Assembly (NCBI RefSeq): GCF_018977255.1
Contig: NW_024704743.1
Coordinates: 89,716,001 to 89,780,000, forward strand
Source: Callorhinchus milii
Taxonomy: Eukaryota
DNA: 64,000 nt
Direction: 5' to 3'
Part shown: piece by piece, positions 22,274 to 37,300 of the stretch
Position numbering within the stretch: position 1 is the stretch's first letter
Layout of the letters: every line of letters starts with the position of its first letter
The notes under the pieces: model-generated
Database searches by the model: none
Told to the model about the DNA's origin: nothing
What the model saw: the letters and a program-made list of their open reading frames with translations, nothing else
Position numbers and translations under genes: made by a program

Positions 22274-24293
22274 AAAATAGTCTAATGTAAATAGGATTTT
22301 AGGACTCTGGTATCAAAATCCACCTCAATAACAACGTCGATTTATATAGCGCCCTACACGCCAGACTGCATCTCAGAACGCTTCACAGTAACGGATCGCA
22401 GGGCCGAGTGAGGGGGAGGAAGGTGAGCAAAGGCGTGAGGAAGGGAGTTCCAGAGTCCAGTGTCAGCTGGACTATTCAAATGCCCTCCTCGCCGGTCTCC
22501 CCTCCACTCCCATTCATGAAATTCAGGTCATTCAAAGCTCTGCCGCCCACATTCTTACCCGCATCCAGCTCCGCTCCCCGATTACCCCAGTCCTTGCCAG
22601 ACTGCACTGGCTGCCTGTCCCAGAGAGGATCGATTTCAAGATCCTCACTCTTGTCTTCAAATCCCTCTACTCCTCTGCACTCCCCTAACTCTCTGACCTC
22701 CTCTCAACAGTGCCTGTTGCCTTCGCTCCACCGAGTCTGGCCTCCTCCTTGTCCCCTGAATTCTCCGCTACACGATCGGCGGCCGTGCCTTCAGCCACTA
22801 TGCCCCACGGCTCTGAAACTCTCTTCCCCACTCCCTTCGCCTCGCCCCTCTCTTCCTATTTTCAGGTCTCTGCTAAAGACCTTTCTTTTCGACCTTTCTT
22901 CCATAAAAAAGAGGCTTTCTTGGCAAGCTACCTTAAACTGTACAAATATAATTTTGGTGTTTTGTTAAAGGATATGAGTCCCTTCTTTGTAAAATAGTTG
23001 GTTGCTTACAAAATACAATCATTACACTCTACAGTAAATCCTGTGAACAACTCTGGGATTTCTCAAAATGCTATCAAATATAAGGATTATTAGAACAGTT
23101 ACTGACTTGATACTGAACATCTTTTATTGGAAAGTTTAATTATGAGTGTACACTCATAGATTGGTACCAACAATAAGAGAATAACCAACAAAATGTTAAA
23201 TTGTGAATAAGAGCCATTAAATATTTTTGGGTGTTTCACTGCATTTCAGTCATGGTTGCTGAAACAAATTGACAAATTTGGATTTTAAAAATTTAAATTT
23301 GGGTAACGTTTTTTTAAATCACCCGACTTTAGTACTAAAGTACTAAACTTTGTAACATTTGCATGTTTTGTGCCTTAAATTATATCAATAAAGTATCACA
23401 TTTTGATTTTAAGACCTTTGATCTTGTGCGAGTAGCTTCTGGCTATATGGATGAGCTTATTCTATACATTTTAGCTCAAGATCTATAATGCTGAAAAAAT
23501 CATTTTGCGGAAGTTGGAATACCTGTAGCATCAGAAATTTGGATGAGAGGTGGTTCAAAACCAAACTTAATTTTATGTACACAGATGTAGGTATGATGAG
23601 CAGAACAAAAAGAAACTTTTTTAACTTTTTTTCACTGGACTATTTTGTTTCCTCCTGCATGATCAAATAGATGATTTTTTCACAACTGGAGCTTCAGCCT
23701 TTCTCTTTCAGTGCAGTACAGTTTCAGTACAGTTCAGTTTCGTGTACACTGAATTGGTTAAGGATTATATCCTGAAATGTGGCCTGTAAGGACCTTCATT
23801 GCTGTCTGTACTCCACTGTGGAACTCAGGTAAGTCCATAGTAGGCTGCAATGTTGGGAATACATTTATTTTAGCATTTACACAACACCTTTCAAGTTGGG
23901 AGGATGTCTCAAGGGAGGAACGAACAAGATCAAAGAGGTAGGTCTCGAGATGGAACATGGAATGAGGTCAGAGGGACTCTGGGATGAACTTCCAGAGAGT
24001 GGGGTAGATAGGCTGAAAGCCCAGCTGTCAATTACATTTTTATCTGGGGCATTGTTAGCCAGAACACCAGGAGAGGCTCAAGTGCCACGTACAGCCCACA
24101 AGCTCAAGCAAGACTTGAGCTTGTGAGCTGTACCTACCACCTCTCTTACAAATATGCACACTTGCACCCCCGCCCCTGCATTGGCCAACCTGGGACCAGC
24201 TATGTGGCCTCTGTCTCATGCTGCCTGTTCAGGCTAGGGTCTCCACCCTTAGCTTGGCCCCAACAAGAGAGTCATGGGGACGTCAACACCACT

Positions 24294-24592
24294 GCAGCTC
24301 AGTGGTTAGAGCACTCGCCTTGCAAGCGAGACACCTAGGTTCAATTCCAGGCAGGAGGAAACCTTGGGCAAGTTTCCTTACTCCACACGTCTAATAATAA
24401 TCCCTCCAAAACAAAAACAATAATAAATTGGTCATTTTCAATTCATGACTGTTTGTGGGACACTGCTGTGCGCAATTGACTGCCGCGTTCGCCCGCAAAT
24501 ATACGGTCAATTCACTTTATATTCTGTGAAGCGCTTTAAGATGTCTAGGAGACGTGAAAAGCGCTATATCAATTGCAAGGATTATTATTATT
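24294..24592 (+). mobile_element. tRNA-Ala SINE (older tail variant, loop TAGGA)
   Basis: AGCTCAGTGGTTAGAGCACTCGCCTTGCAAGCGAG head, core and (TTA)n tail. Confidence 0.88.
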
Positions 24593-27500
24593 AATGTAAG
24601 CACAGGCTCCACTTCTCAAGCCTTCCTGCCCTGAGGTCCTTGTGCCTCATACTTTATCCACTCCTCAATTTCACCCATCCCAGACGATAGCATCATTGCC
24701 ACTGCCTCACCAGTATCATAAACGCTCACTGCCTCTACTCAACAGATGTATTTTTGCTTGGCCAATGGCTTTTGATGTTTCTCATGCAGCTGACTGTCCA
24801 CAGGCTCACAGCTAGGTCACCTCTAAGATGCAAATAAACAACCGAGAAGCAATCTACTCAAAGTGCCTCTGCACGGAGCCTCTCCTCAGGACTTTCCAAC
24901 TTATTTCCTTGAGCACTACAGGACAGTAAATCACAGTACTTTTAATATACATTGTGAATAGATACAATAGATTTAATAGATGCAATTTGTATCTATGCAG
25001 CTACATATTAAACCAAGGGACTTTTAATGTATCTATAAAATTGTATCTATTTTTGCTCCATATTAAAACAAGGGAGCATCAATGTGCTTGAAATGATACA
25101 AATTGCGCAAATCACCAAAATTGCTATTTTGACTTGACTGCAAAGTCTATATTTTTCTATGAGTACAGCGATAAAATAAACCATGTGCAAAGGAGATTCA
25201 CAAGAATGATCACAGAACTATGATCAACTTGATCACCCCTATCCTGATAGGTATAGAAAATTACGTTATACCTATCAGGAAAGGCTGAACACGCTTGAAC
25301 TTTTTTCACTTGTAAGGGATGGCCTGATAGAGGTCTTTAAAATTATGAAAGGTTTTGATAGGGTAGACCTAGGGAAGATGTTTCCACTTGTGGAAACTCC
25401 CTAATAATTCAACCTTGGATTGTCACTACCACTTAAATCATACTGTCAATGTCCTGGCCCACATTTGTGTGTGTGTGTATATATATTATGCTTAAAATTT
25501 GCTACTACGGCTAACTCGTCATTGAGCCTTTTTGCCTTTTAGTGATGAATTATTAGAAGTTGACTGCAACCTTTTCTCAAGTCCTTCGGACACCAAGACC
25601 TCCTGTGTTTTTGATACTGGCCTAACTTCCTAGTGAAGGTTCCTGCACATCCAATAAAGGAAAATTACATTTTTTAATTACATTTTTCACTGTTCCACAA
25701 CTGTACAGAATTTTAAATAATGGAGACATTCACAGATGGTGGAACAATCTTAATGTCTGGAAATTCCATTGTGGAACAACTTTATAACTTTATACAAAAT
25801 TCTTTTGTATAAGTGGAGATATGGTGTACCATTTTATCTGTTAAAATTAGTGAAAGCTACTGAATTTGTCAAGTTTTACACAGAACAGCATCTTAAAGAA
25901 GCAGCGTACCACAATATGATGGCATACAGATACATGATGCTACAAAGATGTGGGCACAGTTTGATGTGAAAAATTAGCATTTGCATTGCATTGAAAAGGA
26001 AACAAAGTTATTCAAAGATGGTAGCTGGGATTGAGATGAGACACAGCAAAAAGTGAGTCATTAATTGCCATTTGGTATTAATTAAGGAACAAATTTGCAG
26101 GGTTTCATAACATTTATTGTCTTTCAAAGAATGTGTTATGAAATCCAACACAATTTACCCCCAAATAATGTTTTGGTATCTACTTTAAGTTGTGTTTTTT
26201 TAAAACTGTACAGCATATTTCTACTGAAATAGGGGTAGAAACATCTAAGGTTACTTGTTAACAAAGATCCACAGAAATGTTCTGCATCACTGTTGCTTGT
26301 TTTTCCAATTCACCCTTTTTAATTAATCCCAGATCTCTTCCCAATATCCTTGAATGTTTTTGTTCAGGAATTCATCCAGTTCCCTTTTGAATGATTCTAT
26401 TAATCCAGTCTTAATAGTCACTTGTGTTGATGAATTCCAATATCACACTTGTTTTTATTATGACTGACCTGATCTACCCTATCTTAGAATTAACTTGAAA
26501 CAAACAAAACAAGATGTTCCTAAATAGAGGAGTTTCTTGTAAAAAAAACGCTAGCTAGAATACAATATGTAGGGGTGCAATTTGTTGCGTTTCATATTTA
26601 AGTATCTGAGTCACTTATATGGGGGCTCCTTCCAATAACCAAAGTAACATCACACTAACCTATGAGAATTATTTCCCAACATGATCTACTTCCAAAAGTT
26701 TTGCTTGATGAGAAATTCAAAGTCATTTCTTATTAAGCACTGTAGGACTACAAATTAAACCCAAAGCTCCCATATCTAAACTGTGTGCAAGTTGGAGATT
26801 TCTTTGGTCTTAAAACTGCTTTGCAGTTACCTACTGGTTTGTCACAGAACTGCATCTGAAAATGAGTTAAGAAAATGCCTCAACTACTGTACTTTTCTGT
26901 CTGACCAGTGAGTGTCACTGTAGATCAGCTTTTTTTTACAAGAACCGGCTTGTTTACAAGCATATGGAGAACAATATATAACAGTATTTCATGGTTTAAA
27001 CAAATATACAGTCAATTCACTTTGCAGTATATTCTATGAGCGCTTTAAGATGCTTTGAGGACGTGATAAGGCACTACAACAAATACAAGGAGTATTATTA
27101 TAACAAGAAGATTACATTTGTATAATGCCTTTCACATCGGGAGGATGTCCCAAGGTGCTGGACAGTGTACAGCATTTCAGACCGGAGCAGGGGTCAGAGG
27201 GGGAAGAAGAGAGGGGAGGGGAAGGGGGGTGGCCTGGTCGAAGAGGAGGGTCTTAAGACGGGACTTGAAGGAGGTTAAGGAGGGGGCGAGGCGGAGTGAT
27301 TGGGGAATGGAATTCCAGAGGTTGGGGGCAGAGGGGCTGAAGGCTCTCCCGCCAACAACAACCAGAGTCCATCAATATGACTCCTTTCAATAGATCAGGC
27401 ACAATTTATTCTCTAGCAGGCTCTGCCACTGTTAAACGCTCTGAGGAGCTACCTTGTGTGGAGGGCACTATATAAGTGCAAAGTTGTTATATATCAATGG

Positions 27501-28134
27501 CTAGCCCATATTAATTTGCCTCTTGAGGAAGAGGAGTGTCCATAGAGGAAAAAGCCAAATCGTTATGTACTTTTTCCTTGACAACTGAGGAAAAATTCCA
27601 GGATAATGGGGGGGGTGGTCCACAATAACATCTGTGTTAATTTAACTCAGTTGGTAATCCACGACTGTTTGTGGGACACTGCTGTGCGCAATTGTCTGCT
27701 GCGTTTCACCCACAAATACACAGTCAATTCACTTCACGGTATATTCTGTGAAGAGCTTTGAAACATTTTGAAGACATGATAAGGCGCTGTATCAAATTCA
27801 AGGATTATTATTCTAATAATTATTCTAATGCTCTGATCAGTAATGTGGGATTTGAACTCATAGATGATGCTGACACTTTTGTGAAACACTGGGGCCTCTG
27901 CTACATTGGGCTAGGTGCTATTTTTCAGATGAGATGTTACTCCAAGGTCCCATCTATCATTTTCAAAGTGAATGTTAAAAGATCCACCAATTGAATAACA
28001 AAAGGAGTTTGTCCTGGCCAATAATCCTCTCGATAAATTGATCATATAACTCATAGCTTGTTGTGAGACTTTGCTGAGTGCCAGGTTGCTAAGAAAAAGT
28101 GTCACTACAATTAACAGCACAGTATTTACTTTAA

Positions 28135-28368
28135 AAACAAAAACAGAAATCGCTGGGAACACTCAGCAGGTCAGGCAGCATCTGTGGAGAAAGCAAAGTG
28201 AGTCAACGTTTCGGGTCCTCCACCCTAGTCAGAACGGAGGACGAATGGTCGTGGACCCAAAAACATTGATTCACTTTCCTTTCTCCATAGATGCTGCCCG
28301 ACCTGCTGAGTGTTCCCAGCGCCTTCTGTTTTTGTTTCAGATTTCCAGCATCAGCAGTATTTTGCGTT
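28135..28368. mobile_element. Penelope-like-derived long palindrome with decayed hammerhead-type cores
   Basis: Arms of about 85 nt (28135-28218 vs 28253-28337) are imperfect reverse complements; minus-strand CTGACTA-GGGT-GGAGG-ACCC-GAAAC at 28232-28208. Family assignment is from recall of similar fish/shark repeats. Confidence 0.65.
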
Positions 28369-31300
28369 TAGTAATTACATTTAAGTGTTGTGACATGTTA
28401 AGATGTTCTAAATATGCAATTTGTTCTATTGCTAAAAAAAATTTCATTACTTTTTTTACTAGGAAACGGGTGTATGCTAGAACTCCATTAGCCTTCAAAA
28501 ATTAACCATGACTGGTTACAGCTATGGCTATATTTATCCTTAGACCTGCAGTCTTAATCTTAAACAGATACTCATTCATATTTATTAATCAATTGCTTTT
28601 CTAATTCCACGTAACTTCCATAGTTTTACTTGAACCATATGAATTTAACCATTTGTCTTCCAGTTCTAAGAACACATTTTAAGATAAACAAACAACACAA
28701 CCAACGACAACTTGCACTTATACAGCGCCCTGCACGCAGGGTAGTGTCTCAGAGAACTTGCTTCTAAATTGTTTATGCATTTAGCATTTAAAGGATCTGG
28801 ATCAATTCTCTTTTTTTCCAGAAACTTTGACTTTCCCTTCATAATGTCTGCAATGCATTTCTCAATGATCTCTGCACTCTACAGATAAACATTAATAGCA
28901 TTCTTTGAAACATTTGAGCCATCATTAAACTTAACCACGCAATTATCCCAGTCCATGTTTTTCCTTTTCTAAAAATGCGTTGAAATTTGTAATATATCAT
29001 GATTGGAATTCTAATAGGATTCCATAAAATAATAATAACAATAATTAATAAATCCCAATTCTTGCAATCCTTATATCAATATACCTTCACTTCATGGAGT
29101 TGTAATGATTACATTGTCACATTTTGCCTAGCAGCCTAGCATTTCATGGCTAGCAATTGCCTAGCATTTTGTGTGACATTGCTGTGCGCAAATTGGGCTC
29201 TCAGTGTCCCACAAACAGCCATGAAATGAATGACCATTTTTTTTAAATCTGGGGGATTGTAGGCCTGAATGTTGGGAGAAAATCCCTTTTTTTTAGAATA
29301 TTGCTGTGGGATCCTTAGAGTCCATCTGAACAGTTAGATAGAACCTCGGTTTACAGTACATATAGATTTATATAATGCCTTTTACATCGGGAGGATGTCC
29401 CAAGGTGCTGGAAGTCTACAGTTTACAGCTGAGCTGTAGGCTGAGAGGGGGTGAAAGGGGAAAGTTGACCAAACGGCACAGTCAAAGTCGGGAAGTGGAC
29501 CGTGAAGAAGGTGAGGGAAGTGGAAAATTGTAGGGACTCTCAACCAAAGGATGGCACTGCTAATAACGGGGATTGGAGGAGGGGGGGTTAAACGGGGTTG
29601 CCTTAGAGTTGAGCCATCTCCAAGGTGATGTCCTTGGCAATAGAATATCAGAATGAAGTCAACCCTATGCGGTGGTCTGGGTAGTCCAGTTCTTGAGGCA
29701 GGTGAGTCTGCAGTACTCCAGAGGCTAGCTCATCAGCAGAAATTGGCGGGGCTAACTAATCACTGGGTCAGGGATTCTTCCCACTTAGCTCATGTTAACT
29801 GTGTATGTAAGACAAAGCCCTATTGGTAAGTTAATCATAGCTGGACAAGCAACAGGAAGCTTGCCAGGTTGTGGTTTCTTCAGCTGGTTTAACCCCAGCA
29901 ATATCCCAGCAAACACTCTGGAGTCCACAAACTTTGACTCTTGCCACCTTGTGCCGAATTAGTTAATCAGGGTATGTCGATCAACAACAACTTGCATTTG
30001 CACCATGAGGTTTGTGTGTCTTTCCGACTCCCCGTCATGCTCACTCAGTATTTAAAAAAAACCCTAATAATTTAGTCACTCAATCCATGACCGAGTATAG
30101 GACATCACTGTGCGCAATTGGCTGCTGCATTTCGCCCACAAAAATACACAGTCACTACACTTTAAAGTATATGCTGTGAAGTGCTTTGAGACGTCTGAAG
30201 ATGTGATAAGGTGCTATATCAAATGCAAGGATTATTATTATTTAACAACTTTCATTCATATAGCTCCTTCACCCAGGGTAATGTCCCGGAGCGCTTGTAC
30301 CTCCAGGGAGAGCATACACATTCTATGCCAGTTAGAGGGAAATTTTCATGTGTAGATGCCATACATGTGTGGAAGTTCTTCTGGTTTGAATATTCTTAAG
30401 CATGGTTAAGGGTTTCCAAAAATCTCTTTTTGACTGTACCTTTGGTCACCTTGTTCTAGCCCCCTATTTCCTGCTCTCCTCGGGCTCCCATTCCATTTCT
30501 ATGAAGCACTTTGAGGCATTTAACTGCAGTATGTGAAAGGCGCTATATATAAGTGTAATTTTTTTAAAAAACTCATACAAATGACTGCAAGAATGGAATG
30601 CATTGCCTCAGGAGGGTGGGTGGGGAGAGCAGGGGAGGGAGTTGTGAAAATTGGATTGAAAAGATAAAGAGCTGTTGTAAACTTATAAAACGGCTCAGTG
30701 TGATGAACAGCCTTCTGCTTTTATGGTATTGATCAATGATAGTGGTCACGAAAAATATTTTCTATTATTCCAAGTTTAGCCTGGGATTTAGGTAAGGTTT
30801 GTTGTATTCAGACTTTCTGAATTAATAATAATAATATTCCTTGCATTTGATTCCTTTTCCTTTTCACATCTTCTAGATGTCTCAAAGCTCTTCACAGAAT
30901 AGACTGTAAAGTGAATTGACTGTATATTTGTGGGCAAATTGAATAAAAGATCACACAGCTTGATAGCTGCTTTAAACATTTTCAATACTGCAAGAGCATT
31001 ATTTCTGGCTGCTGCTTTGTTTTTTGCAAACAAATTGTTGTTTCTTTTACTCAGCACTAAGTATGCCAGGCACTCATGCCATTTCAATAGTGATTTGTGA
31101 ATATCCAAAAATAAACCGCAAATTGTGACCCATTAAATGGTGTTTTGCCTGTGTTTCATTGTGCATCTGCACATAAGAAGGAAAACTGGGTCAACTTATA
31201 TTTTATCAGCATGCTGAAATAAATTGGGACATTTGCTTGTGGGCACAAATAACAATATCTCTAGCAGAATGGACTTTCTGTGCCGTGGCTATGCTGATTC

Positions 31301-34300
31301 TTACTGTTGGCCTTTGTATCTTCAAGAATAAAACTAGGATCAAGTGAAACAGCACAGAAAATACAATTAATTATGAATGCACTGAAAGAGAGATCAGAAA
31401 ATGGAACAGAATAGGAAATTGAGAGTTTCAACTTGTCTGAGATAAACTGATAAGGGAAAAAAGGGAGGAATGGTAGCGCATTCAAGCCTTTCCATTTTGT
31501 CATAAGCAAACTTCTTAAAAGGTCAACATATGAACTGGAGAAAGTTTGGTAAACATCTTTCCAAACTGAAAGAAATAAAATAGTTACTAAAAATGAAAAA
31601 AAGACAGAAGTGACATTGGAGGTAACCAAGATCATCTCATTGACATTACTGATTTAATGTTGTTTGTGTGTATTTCTTAACAGGATTTCTTGCTTAATAA
31701 ATCTAGAATTCCATTATATCTACTGACAAGAACACTCAACCTTGATCTATTCTCAGATTGGGGAATCCCTTGTATCAGCATTATGTTTCAGAAAGGGTCC
31801 TCACCTGGGTTTCTTAATTAAGAAATCCCATTAAGCAAAATTGACTCCATTCTGTTTTAGTCTACAGGACTGAAGAATTGCTGCTATCTTAACACAGCAT
31901 TTATCATTCCTGCATTCTGCCTCACCAATGTTTTTACTAATAGTTTGCACCATAGCTGAGCGTTTAATACCTAACTCTTGCTTGTTGAATAAATGATGAG
32001 CTCAGCAACACCATTTTTCACATAAATTATATGATTTCTTTATAGTCACAGATTTGCAAATCATTTTTTTTTGCAGTTGTGGTAATGAACCAAGTGTATT
32101 CGTATGTGTGGGTGAAAGTTGTGGCTAGGGATAGAGATTTGGATCAGTCTCAGGCATGGGAGGGGAAAGATCTGAAAATCTTAACAGTAGTGTGATAAAT
32201 CTTGCAAATATTGAGTGGTTTTCAAACAATTGCCTTTCCCTTGGGAAATGACTTCAATGAGTAGCTGCCTCATGGAGCTTAAAGACAGCCCAAAAAATCT
32301 TTATTTTTGAGTGACTGATAAATCCCTGTTAGGTCTTGCAATTTAATAGGTCAGGTTTGTGCTGTGGTAAACTAAATGTCCTTTCCCTCTGATTCTAGGT
32401 CAAGCTGACTCTTTTTTAATAGCTATGTTTGTCTAAGAATGTTCTGTTTTGTTGCCAATTTTTCTCCATTTCTCCCTTTTCCTTCTTTGGGGTACTTTTC
32501 CAGATTCCTCACCTGTCCACAGCACTGAGTCTGCTGTGACATCTGTGATTAGGACTCTATGTCTCCTTGTTCGTCTTGACATCTCTATTCTTCTTACCTG
32601 TCTCTCCTACTTGCTCCACCTCCATGGTTCTGTCCTTTCCTGATATCCTGACATCTTCATTTTGTCTCTTCTAACAGTTTCTCCTCACCTCCTACAATTA
32701 TACTGTATAATTTGCACCCCATTATTAAAGCAAAATCTCCATTTTGGAGTTCTGTTTAAACGCAGCTTAGCAGATAAGTAGAACATGAACATCGCAGGTT
32801 TTATTTTGTTACTGTGGATTCAACAACAACTTGTTGTGCCCTTCACAGAGCACTTACGGTGGTGGAGTCTTGACAAAAAACCATGGGTGAGGTAGGCGGG
32901 AGGTGACTGTAAGCACGATCAAAAAGGAAGGTTTTTAGTCAAGTGAATTGACTTGTGTATTTTGTGGGAGAAAATATGCTGTTGCCGGATATTACCTATG
33001 GATTTTTTTTTGCATTTTGGCCTTGACTTTTTTACTTGAATGAAAATGAATAATGTTCTTGCACCAGACACACTTCACAATAGAATGACATTTTCATCTC
33101 ACTGATAACTGTGCACTTCTCCATTGTGACCTGTGGGGCATTTTTTATGTGGTCCCTTTAAACAGCAAAACATCTATAATAACAGAGTTCCTTCAAACTC
33201 TTAGAATCATTTACGTGCCATCAGTAAAATGCCAGTCATCCATTGCATGTCTCTATCTTGTAGTCAAAGCACGTGGATCTGTTAGTATTATTGTAAATGT
33301 CATCTTGATTTTTGTTCCTAAGACCAAACCAGGCTTCATAATGAAAAAAGCTTAACCTTGGAGGATGTTGCCCTTAAACCCTGGTTAAGGGCTTTGAAGA
33401 CATCCTTGAGATGCTTTTCTTTTATTATTTTCTTTTAGTGAAATTAAAGATGTAAACGCTCTTATTACATCAAAACTAACTGAAAAGGTTACTTATTCTC
33501 AGACAACATGCTCTAACACTATTTATAAAAACATTACAGACTTCTACTTCAAAAGAAGCGGAGAAACCTGTCCTAAGTACATGTTTGCTTGGTTTAATAA
33601 TTGGACAGGGTACAAATACAAAAAGCACATCGAACATGCTTTTTCAGAATAAGACAGTATAAACACTAGTGAATATTGATGATTACTTAGATAAATGCAC
33701 TTGGTGAATTCAACAGATTCTCCTATTATTTTGGAGTGTGTGGGATTTAATTTAGGGTTTAACCAACCCTTTATTACCATCACCATCCATCAGGTTCAGG
33801 ATTACAATGTTCACTGGACTGTATTCAAGATGCTTCTATCTCTAACAGAGGCAAGGGTTTGACAGCACATTTCCTCCACATCTGTTTCACTGCAAAACAG
33901 TGCTTCTTGCATCCATAATCCTTTTCTAATTATTATCATTTGTTTTTCTGCACTGGAAACAGTTTGATTTGCACTTGTACCTGTGTGATAACAAGTCCCT
34001 GAAATATTTTGCAAAAGACTATTTCTGCAATCATTAGCAAAAAATTGAGTTGAGTCAGAATTTCAAGACATGAGATAATCGATCTTTTTTGGACACAGGT
34101 TTGTTCTCTGGCCTATTTTTTTGCAATTAGCACAGCTCACAAATCAGATCTCCACTGTTATCAACATTAAAAGATTTTCCAAAGGAATTCCAGGAGGTGA
34201 TTCTAAGAAGAGAAGTAGGAGCAAGGTATCATGTTGTCACAAAGTGTGGAGATAGAGGGCATACTCTGCTTCATTCATGTCTCTGGGTACTTCTGAATAA

Positions 34301-37300
34301 ATGTAATCTCAAATTAGAAATAACATTACATTATAAATGTAAAATTAAATTATATATGAACTGGAGTCTCACCCTCTATCCCTCTGATATTACCTGTCAG
34401 TAAATCTCATGTTAAATCCAACCTCTGCCTCTCAACTGTGCCAATTGTCACCTCCCCTTCTCCTTTGCTCAGCGTTCAACCCAGTCAATATGAAGTTCTC
34501 CAAGACATTGTCCTACATGAAGGGAGTTATATAAAAGCAAGTCATTGTATTTACCTGTAGTATATATTTGTATTACTAATCATCTTTATTAATTTTGTTC
34601 TCATAAAATGCACAAAATAATTGTCCAGAATTTAAGCTTTCCTTTCACCTATTATATTATGCTATACATTTTCTTGTAAATTGTCTTACACAGTGGGTCC
34701 TAGATATTATATCCAAACATAGACTGAAGCATATTGCAAAAAGGCTGCACTGTAATTGGTCAAGTAAGTGTTATGAGTTCTTTAGTGGTAATTAAATGCA
34801 AAGCCCGTATCAGAAAATGTTAGGTTGGAATCAAACCACCACAAATATTCTTACTGCCCAAAGTGGCATTTTCTTATTGATGGTAATTGGATGGGAAAAT
34901 TATTGACAGTTTAGATTGAGAGCCTATTGATCTTAGGAAGCATTTAATCTCACAGTGAATATTAATGGTTCTGCACATCTCAATATTAAAAATCAAATCA
35001 GGAATGGGGTTTGATCTTACCTGAACCAATTTTATGGTTCCACTTCACTGCATTTGATTACAAAATGTTAGTCATTAATATTACTGAAATAATCATGTAA
35101 TGGATTGTCGAATGCGTCCAGCTTTGGAAGCATTCACTTGTGACTGGCAACACAAAATGCCTGTCACCTGAAGCTCCAAAACAGTCCTTTAAAAGCCAAT
35201 CTTGTAGAAAGATTTTAGAATGGAAGATAATTATCATCTACACACTTTTTGTCTGTATCATTTCTGAAATGACTGGTGTAGTGTGGAATATGATGCACAT
35301 TTTTTGTACGAAGATTACAGAACGTCTCTGGTCCTCTGAGCTGTAACTTTAATAACAATGCATTAGCTGAACCACCAATTGTGACAAATCTCAAACTTCT
35401 CTAAGAGAGAATCTGTAGTTAACTTGTAATTTAGTTCATAAGTGGAAGTGTGTCACTGCAACATTTCCCGATCATATAATCACAAAATCATAGGTTTAGC
35501 ACAGAAGGAGGCTATTCGGCCCATCGTGTCCATGCCGGCTCTTTGAAAGAACTGTCCAAATTAATCCCACTTGTGGTATTTCTTAACAGATTTCTGAATA
35601 ATAAACGCCACCTGACATTGATCTTAGAAATGTATAAGTATCAAATTTCTAAAACATCATTGGCCGGAAATTCCTGGAGCCTGAGATTGAAAGAGTTAAT
35701 CTCATTTTATTTTTGGTGGGGATGGGAGCTGGGGAAGAGAGAAGTTGCATTGGTTCAGGAGAGCTCAAGTCTTCCAGGAAAGGCGAACATCTTCCCAAAA
35801 CACTTCCAGTGAGTGGGAAACGACGCAGTCAATCATAGCCTGGCATGTGAGGGATCTGACCTTATACTCTGATATATATGTCATTTACAACAACAATAAC
35901 ACAATTACATTTGTAAAGTGCCTTTCACGTTGCGAGGATGGCTACAAAGCATAGCCAAATGTGTACATAGTAAACATACAGAGATATAAACGTGCCCCAA
36001 AAATGACCTATAAAGACAAGTGTTAGTGTGCAAGACATTAGGAATTGTTCTGCTCCATTCGCTAATGCAGAGTATTCAGTATTATGTTCAGTGTTGTGAC
36101 CTAAGTGCTCTTCTGCTCTGTTTAAGTTTAGTGAAATTGTTTTTGAATGCTTATAAATAAATAACTCTTCACTGCAGCATTACAACAAAATTGAACTGTC
36201 TTTAGTTGGTCACAATTCTCTGATCTTTTAACCCTCCTAAGCCATTTGTGCTATTAACGTAGTTATATTCAAATCCGGATATGTAACCACCAACAGACAC
36301 ATTTTTAATAGCTATTTTCTTACAAAAATATGTTACTTTTTGTTTTTAACTAAATGCTACAGTTGAATTTCCAATTTAAATGAATGTTTAAACCCTCTTG
36401 GTGCACTATGTTTTATCATAAAGTCATACTAATGTTTTTCAATTCACAGTACTGTATATAAATGTACTGCTATCAGCATCACAGTACAGTATATAATGTT
36501 CTGAAAAGACATTTAGGAAAAGTTCAGAATTGCAACATTTTTGTGCAGAAGTAATTTGTTTCCAAGCCAAGCTACATGGTTCATGATTGCTTCCAAGCCA
36601 AGCTACTTGGTTTATGATTATTATATCAGCAGAACGGGAACTAGAGAATAGAAGTGCCATGTGTTGAAGTTGAATACAGGAGGCTGAAAAGGCACCATAA
36701 TGCAGGTCTTTAATCCGGCAGATACCGTTGTGTAGTGAACCGGTACTAATGTTTCTCCAGTGTTTCTGATCAGCAACCAAGCCAAGCTGAAGCACTGACA
36801 TTTATGATTGCTAAAAATAGTATGCTTTTTTGTTACATCTTTACACTGTGTCTTTCTATAACAGGCTGATGCTTTACAATTTGTACCTTTAAAACTTTTT
36901 ATGTCAAAGTTCCCATTTCTCATACATGAGCCTGGACTGATGGACAGCTGTTTTGACCTTTGCAGACACCAAAGGTGAACCTGATTCTCAGCTAATAACC
37001 ACAAACATCCACTTTCCAGCAGGAGTAACTGAAAACACTGACTGATTTGTTTCTCCTTAACCCAAAATCAATTGCAGTACCCCAACATGTTATTGGCTGA
37101 GATCAGCTAACTCAACATAAAATGTGATCAAATTGAGGTTACATGGCATAGAACACTGAGCCATTATAGAAGCCTTAGCACATTTATTAACACAATGATT
37201 AGTTTTACCATCTGTCACAATTTTGTGTCCAACTTCAGCTTATTGAATGCTGATTGAATGCCCTTTGTAGTCTTCAGTTGTTAGCAGACTGTCTCTTTTC

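Noticed and set aside
26831..26855. Possible 25-nt minus-strand micro-exon (ttttcAG...GTAAC)
   Set aside because: Splice-like signals only; no homology or partner exons, and such matches are expected by chance.
28500..29030. Protein-like minus-strand reading (SAEIIEKCIADIMKGK...)
   Set aside because: Interrupted by stops, no family recognised; at most an ancient TE remnant.
31261..31635. 124-aa hydrophobic minus-strand ORF and purine-rich plus strand
   Set aside because: No recognisable motif or splice structure; plus frames contain several stops.
36560..36619. 31-bp tandem duplication (similar ones at 52030-52075 and 9972-10015)
   Set aside because: Two-copy local slippage duplications with no further structure.
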